From an uncultured Acholeplasmataceae bacterium (GTDB lineage Bacteria > Bacillota_I > Bacilli_A > Acholeplasmatales > Acholeplasmataceae): a DNA stretch of 64,000 bases. Positions 59,437-64,000 of this stretch are shown piece after piece; within the stretch, counting starts at the first letter, position 1; every line of letters starts with the position of its first letter. A program made the translations under genes and the position numbers. The stretch is from positions 30,037 through 94,036 of the forward strand of contig CAUUCL010000001.1 of NCBI GenBank assembly GCA_963543845.1. The letters run 5' to 3'. A model generated the notes under the pieces. That model was not told the DNA's origin. It did not search any database and was given only the letters and a program-made list of their open reading frames with translations.

Positions 59437-61183
59437 AATATTTTTTAAGTATTTCTAGAATTGTCGGCTTAATTATCATCTCACCAAATTCTACATCAAA
59501 CCTTTTTCTTCTAGCTATTTTATTATCATCTTCTTTTAAATCATATAAATGCAATTTATTTGCTAGGTTTAAAAAACAACTAGCTCTTTTTTTAAATTTA
59601 ACTTCCTTACTTTTTAAATAAGCAAGAATAAATAAAAACGATCTTGTAAGATAATAGTATGCTTTTAAAAATACTTTTATCTCTTTTAGTAAATCTTTAC
59701 TAGATGTTTTCTTTATCATTTTAATATCTGATAAATATCCTAAAAACTTATTCTCTAAATTTTTTATAGTCCCTTTTAAATCTTTATTTTTATCTAAATT
59801 ATTTTTTAAATTTTTAATATCTTCTTTTATTAGGCTTGACTCATCTAGGAAAAAGTATTTTCCGTTTTTTATCTCATGATTTAAATATGATACATTATCT
59901 AGAAAACCTGCAAAGTATTTATAATTATTTTTAAAAAGTCTCTTGCAGGCTTTTTCCCAGCTTTTTACAAAGTCATAACCTTTAATATTCCACATATAAC
60001 TTGATATGTTATATAAACTAATTTTAGACATATTTATATGCCTCATAGGATTTATATAAAATCCTTCTTGATTGCTTAAATCATTATAAAGATAAGGTAT
60101 TTTTGAGATAAGAAGTTTACCGTTACAATAATCATTCACAGGATAGTTAAACCAAACTGATGATTTTACATCTTTATTAAAAAGCTTTTTAAAATTAAAA
60201 TACTCATCTTTTACATAGCTTATAGTATTTTCTCCTGTCCAAAGAACCTCGATACCCTTATTTAATTTATCTAAAAAAACCTTAAAATAACTTTCAATAT
60301 CAGGCCCCCAAGCAAGACAGTATCTAGTTCCAACTACTAAAAGTGGTGGTAAGTTATTTTTTTTAATAAACTCTTTATCTACCATATTTATAAAATTTGC
60401 TTGCTTTATAGCATCAATATTTTTTGTAATATCATCAAAAAATATTCCAAAATTTCTAACTCCAATTTTATATAATTGGTAAAGTTTACTAATAGCTTTT
60501 TTAAAATCCGTTTTGCCTTCAAAATCAATTGTATCCCCTGGGTGAATGGTCCAAACAAAATTTATGTAGTATTTACTTGATACACTTGCTAACTCTTTTA
60601 TTTTTTCTAATTTTCTTACTGGGTATAGCCTATGCCATAAGCTTCTGTGATAAATATCGTTTTTAGGAGCATAGATGTAATAGTTAAATTTATAATTAGA
60701 TAGATCTTTTATTAAATTTATTCTATCTTTAAACTTATAAGGATATCCATAAAATCCCTCAACAAGACCTCTTTTTTTAATATCTGGATAATCAATTATT
60801 TCAAAACTATTCAAAGTATTATTTTTTACTATTTTATTAAGGATTATTAAACTATTTTTAATACCATCGACTGTTTTAGAATATATTAAAAGAAAATTAT
60901 TCATTAAAGATATATAGTAGGATTGTTCATTTAAAAGCATTTTATAATTATTATCCCATGTTTTAACATTGTTTAAATTAGATGTTATTAAAAATCTAAA
61001 TTTTCTAAATTTAATGTCATATTTAAAACAGGCTTTGTCCAATTTTATATTGAGCAAATCTAATATTTCATCCCTGTCAAAGCCATCTATTTCAAGACCA
61101 AGTTTATTATCGATTGTTATTGTTTTATCAAAATTATATAAATATTTTACTTTTGGAAAGAAAAAATCATCTTTTAAAATCAT
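59435..61183 (-). CDS. GH84 beta-N-acetylglucosaminidase (O-GlcNAcase/NagJ-like), no signal peptide
   Basis: 582 aa. VEGFYGYPY...NYYIYAPKND.YHR and the catalytic pair in FGIFFDDI. Confidence 0.85.
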   Translation of the reverse strand: MILKDDFFFPKVKYLYNFDKTITIDNKLGLEIDGFDRDEILDLLNIKLDKACFKYDIKFRKFRFLITSNLNNVKTWDNNYKMLLNEQSYYISLMNNFLLIYSKTVDGIKNSLIILNKIVKNNTLNSFEIIDYPDIKKRGLVEGFYGYPYKFKDRINLIKDLSNYKFNYYIYAPKNDIYHRSLWHRLYPVRKLEKIKELASVSSKYYINFVWTIHPGDTIDFEGKTDFKKAISKLYQLYKIGVRNFGIFFDDITKNIDAIKQANFINMVDKEFIKKNNLPPLLVVGTRYCLAWGPDIESYFKVFLDKLNKGIEVLWTGENTISYVKDEYFNFKKLFNKDVKSSVWFNYPVNDYCNGKLLISKIPYLYNDLSNQEGFYINPMRHINMSKISLYNISSYMWNIKGYDFVKSWEKACKRLFKNNYKYFAGFLDNVSYLNHEIKNGKYFFLDESSLIKEDIKNLKNNLDKNKDLKGTIKNLENKFLGYLSDIKMIKKTSSKDLLKEIKVFLKAYYYLTRSFLFILAYLKSKEVKFKKRASCFLNLANKLHLYDLKEDDNKIARRKRFDVEFGEMIIKPTILEILKKY

Positions 61184-61713
61184 TTTAAATCATCAAGATT
61201 GACTAATTTTGTATTATATATACTTTTTATATATTTAATACCATCTAAATAATCACTATCTGTAAATGAGGTAGTTGTATCATTTACAATAACTGTTTCA
61301 TACCCACGATAAAATGCATCAGCTATTGTATGTCTTACACAAATATGAGTATTTAACCCGCATACAATTAAAGTATTTACTTTATTTTTTTCTAAAATTT
61401 CATATAATTTAGTTTTAAAAAAGCCTGAATAAGTTCTTTTTTCTAGGATAATATCACCATCTAATACTTTAATATCATCAATTATCCTTGCACCCTTGCT
61501 TTCCTTCATTGCATGTTCTCCCCATAAAGTAAGCTCATAATCTTCTTTTAAGTGGGCATCATTTGTAAAAATTACAGGAATATTATTTTGATGAGCAAAA
61601 CAAATTAAATCATTAACTGGTTTAATAATTTTTAAAGCATTATCACATTTTAACTTTCCATAAACAAAGTCATAAATCATATCAACAACAATTAAAGCAT
61701 ACTTTTTATCCAT
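61180..61713 (-). CDS. isochorismatase-family cysteine hydrolase, nicotinamidase (PncA)-like
   Basis: 177 aa. VVDMIYDF (Asp), ...EKRTYSGF (Lys), LIVCGLNTHICV (Cys). NDAH...WGEHA resembles the PncA metal site. 4-nt overlap with GH84. Confidence 0.75.
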   Translation of the reverse strand: MDKKYALIVVDMIYDFVYGKLKCDNALKIIKPVNDLICFAHQNNIPVIFTNDAHLKEDYELTLWGEHAMKESKGARIIDDIKVLDGDIILEKRTYSGFFKTKLYEILEKNKVNTLIVCGLNTHICVRHTIADAFYRGYETVIVNDTTTSFTDSDYLDGIKYIKSIYNTKLVNLDDLK

Positions 61714-61724
61714 TATTATCTCCT

Positions 61725-63557
61725 TTATATATTTTCTTCTTGAATTTTATTAAGTTTATAATAGTGAGATTTATTTTTAATAAGCTCACTATGAGTACCC
61801 TCTTCTACTATTTTACCATTTTGCAAGACAATTATTTTTTTAGCATCTTTTATAGTTGAAAGTCTATGGGCTACAACAAGCATTGTGTTAACTTTCATTA
61901 GTTTTTTTAGAGAATTTTGAATTATTTTCTCAGTTTCACTGTCAATATTAGCAGTTGCCTCATCTAAAAACATTACAGCAGGTTTATATAAAAATGCTCT
62001 AGCAAAAGATAAAAGCTGCCTTTCACCTGCCGAGTAGTTGCTTCCTCTTTCATTAACAAATGCCATTAGTCCATCTTTTTCTTTTTCAATAATTTTTCTA
62101 GCACCAACATAATCAATCGCATGCATAACCTCATTTTCTTTAATAGCATTATCTCCAAATGTAAGATTATCATAAATTGTTCCAGAAAATAAAAAGACAT
62201 CTTGAAGCATTTGACCAATTTGGGACCTGATTGATTTTGTATCAAGTTCTAAAATACTAACCCCATCAAGAAGTATCTCGCCTTTTTGCGGAAGATAGTT
62301 TTTAACAATTAAATTTAAAATTGTAGTTTTTCCAGCACCCGTAGGTCCTACAATTGCGACCGTTTCATTAGGGCTTACTTTAAATGAAACATCTTTTAAT
62401 ATCCACTCATCATCTTTGTATTTAAACCAAACATTTTTAAATTCAATATTGCCTTTAAAATCTTTTAACAATTTAGCATTTTCAATATCTTTAATGCTTG
62501 GCTTTAAATCTAAAATCGAAAAGACTTTCTCACCTGCGGCAAGGGCATTTTGCAGAATATCAAACTGATCAGTAATAGATATAATGGGCCAGAAAAATCC
62601 ATTTACAACTGTATAAAATGAAAATACCACACCATAGGTAATCTCACCATTTACAATATATTTTATAGATAAATAAAGTGCACAAACCTCAGCAAGTCTT
62701 GCAATCAAAAATAAAAATGGTCTAAATGTCGAGTGAACAAACATTGTTTTAAGCTGACTGTTTTTTAGCCTTTTTGATATTTTAGAAAATTCTTCTTTTT
62801 TATCTTCTTCTTTATTAAATACTTGAATTATCTTCATTCCCGATAAATTCTCAGATAAAAAAGCATTAAGTTCTGATTCTCTTTTTTTATTGTGTCTATA
62901 TGCTCTTCTGTCTAAAAATCTAAATATAATTGTAAGAATTAAAATTAAAAATATAAATCCAAGCATTGGAACTGCAAGCTTATATGATAGATAAAACATT
63001 GCGATAAAATACATAAGTAGGCTTGAGAATGTATAAATAAAATCTACAATTAAATATGAGTATAAATACTCAAGACTCTCAGTATTGTTTATAACTCTTG
63101 TAACAAGTGTTCCAACTGGTATTTCATTTACTTGTGAAAGATCTAATGTTTGAATATGACTAAATACATCCCTTCTTACATTTTTAACGATTTTCTGACC
63201 TGTCCTATCAAGCCATAAATTTTTGTAATACCCAACAACAGCAGATGTTACTACGATAATTGCATAAGCAAATAAAGCAAGGAATATATAAATAAGTGAT
63301 GGCGGGATATAATCAAGTGGAAGAGTCTTAACTATTCCACTTTGATATTTTATTCCTCCAATTAAATCTAATATTTTACCAATTAAAATCATTGGTAAAA
63401 GGTCAAAAAAGGCAAATAGTACTTGAATAAATACTATTAAAATAAGTTTTTTCTTATAAGGTTTTAAATAAACTAACAATCTTCTAAGAAGAAAATTTTT
63501 CTCTTTTTTAGACATTTTAGAAAGTTTTAAAGGTTCATCTTTATAATCAGTTAGCAT
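61725..63557 (-). CDS. ABC exporter, fused permease/ATPase subunit
   Basis: 610 aa. 6 TM helices. Walker A GPTGAGKTT, signature YSAGERQ, Walker B MFLDEATA. Confidence 0.9.
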   Translation of the reverse strand: MLTDYKDEPLKLSKMSKKEKNFLLRRLLVYLKPYKKKLILIVFIQVLFAFFDLLPMILIGKILDLIGGIKYQSGIVKTLPLDYIPPSLIYIFLALFAYAIIVVTSAVVGYYKNLWLDRTGQKIVKNVRRDVFSHIQTLDLSQVNEIPVGTLVTRVINNTESLEYLYSYLIVDFIYTFSSLLMYFIAMFYLSYKLAVPMLGFIFLILILTIIFRFLDRRAYRHNKKRESELNAFLSENLSGMKIIQVFNKEEDKKEEFSKISKRLKNSQLKTMFVHSTFRPFLFLIARLAEVCALYLSIKYIVNGEITYGVVFSFYTVVNGFFWPIISITDQFDILQNALAAGEKVFSILDLKPSIKDIENAKLLKDFKGNIEFKNVWFKYKDDEWILKDVSFKVSPNETVAIVGPTGAGKTTILNLIVKNYLPQKGEILLDGVSILELDTKSIRSQIGQMLQDVFLFSGTIYDNLTFGDNAIKENEVMHAIDYVGARKIIEKEKDGLMAFVNERGSNYSAGERQLLSFARAFLYKPAVMFLDEATANIDSETEKIIQNSLKKLMKVNTMLVVAHRLSTIKDAKKIIVLQNGKIVEEGTHSELIKNKSHYYKLNKIQEENI

Positions 63558-64000
63558 GATTTTCCTCCTTTAAACTACTTTCTAGCGATTGCATAAGTAC
63601 ATAATTTTTATATTCTTTATTTTTCTTTAATAACTCTTCATGATTTCCAATATCAAGCACTTTCCCATCATCTATAAATATAATTTTATCCATGTTTTTA
63701 ATTGTTGATATTCTGTGAGCAATTAGTATTGTTGTTTTATTTTTTCTTACTTCAAATAATGTTTTTAAAATTTCTTTTTCCGTTTCAACATCAACAGCTG
63801 ATACTGAATCATCTAAAATTAAAATTTTAGGATTTTTTACAAGAGCACGAGAAATTGATATTCTTTGCTTTTGTCCGCCTGATATCATAACCCCTCTTTC
63901 ACCAATAATAGTTTCAAATTTATTAGTAAAGTTCATAATATTTTCATATACAGCACTTTGTTTTGCAGCATCTATTATTTTTTCATCTGGTAAATTTTTA
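63547..64000 (-). CDS. ABC exporter, fused permease/ATPase partner subunit (C-terminal part; gene runs off the right edge)
   Basis: The frame is open from the window edge (...KNLPDEKIIDAAKQSAVYENIMNFTNKFETIIGERGVMISGGQKQR...ILILDDSVSAVD). 11-nt overlap with the downstream subunit. Confidence 0.85.
   Translation of the reverse strand, partial: KNLPDEKIIDAAKQSAVYENIMNFTNKFETIIGERGVMISGGQKQRISISRALVKNPKILILDDSVSAVDVETEKEILKTLFEVRKNKTTILIAHRISTIKNMDKIIFIDDGKVLDIGNHEELLKKNKEYKNYVLMQSLESSLKEENHAN

Noticed and set aside
1-64000. Mycoplasma-type genetic code (TGA = Trp), CRISPR arrays, IS elements or transposases, rRNA operons
   Set aside because: TGA terminates dtd, fmt and leuS at the expected protein lengths, and all conserved proteins are full length under code 11. 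I saw no spaced direct-repeat arrays, no transposase- or integrase-like ORFs and no rRNA-like sequence.

Overview
Very AT-rich chromosomal segment from a low-GC Bacillota/Mycoplasmatota-type bacterium. My guess is an Erysipelotrichia, Acholeplasma or RF39-like host-associated anaerobe. It uses the standard genetic code: TGA is a real stop in dtd, leuS and fmt, and long ORFs stay intact. About 58 of 60 genes are on the minus strand. Most of the window is core translation and RNA-metabolism housekeeping. In order these are hisS'-dtd-relA-apt-rnj, tRNA-Lys-tgt, fmt-priA, rimP-nusA-ylxQ-infB-rbfA, infC-rpmI-rplT, tmRNA, leuS, the str operon rpsL-rpsG-fusA-tuf, plsC-folA-thyA-pepV, and rsmE-truB-ribF-darA-rpsO-pnp. 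Accessory content is limited to seven loci. (1) An autonomous pair of DUF3791-like minigenes. (2) Orphan membrane proteins and lipoproteins around ssrA and downstream of leuS. (3) A Zn-less sirtuin coupled to an ACP. (4) A P-II-like protein coupled to a CPA2 antiporter. (5) hydE/G/F plus the TM1266-type regulator, with no hydrogenase structural gene in view. (6) A two-gene N6-adenine R-M module wedged between pnp and the hyd operon. (7) A surface-glycan locus, my best candidate for a new functional system: an EndoH-like GH18 lipoprotein, a 2276-aa LRR/Flg_new/discoidin lipoprotein, a signal-less GH84, a nicotinamidase-like hydrolase and ABC exporters, with an AAA-ATPase/PD-(D/E)XK gene just downstream of the locus (49550..51175). 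Several housekeeping proteins look like pseudo-enzymes or have lost metal sites: RNase J, PriA, the Tgt zinc site and the sirtuin zinc site. The ORF track misses tmRNA, tRNA-Lys, the hisS start, and the ATT-initiated 5' parts of infC and ribF. No CRISPR arrays, IS elements, integrases or rRNA were seen.
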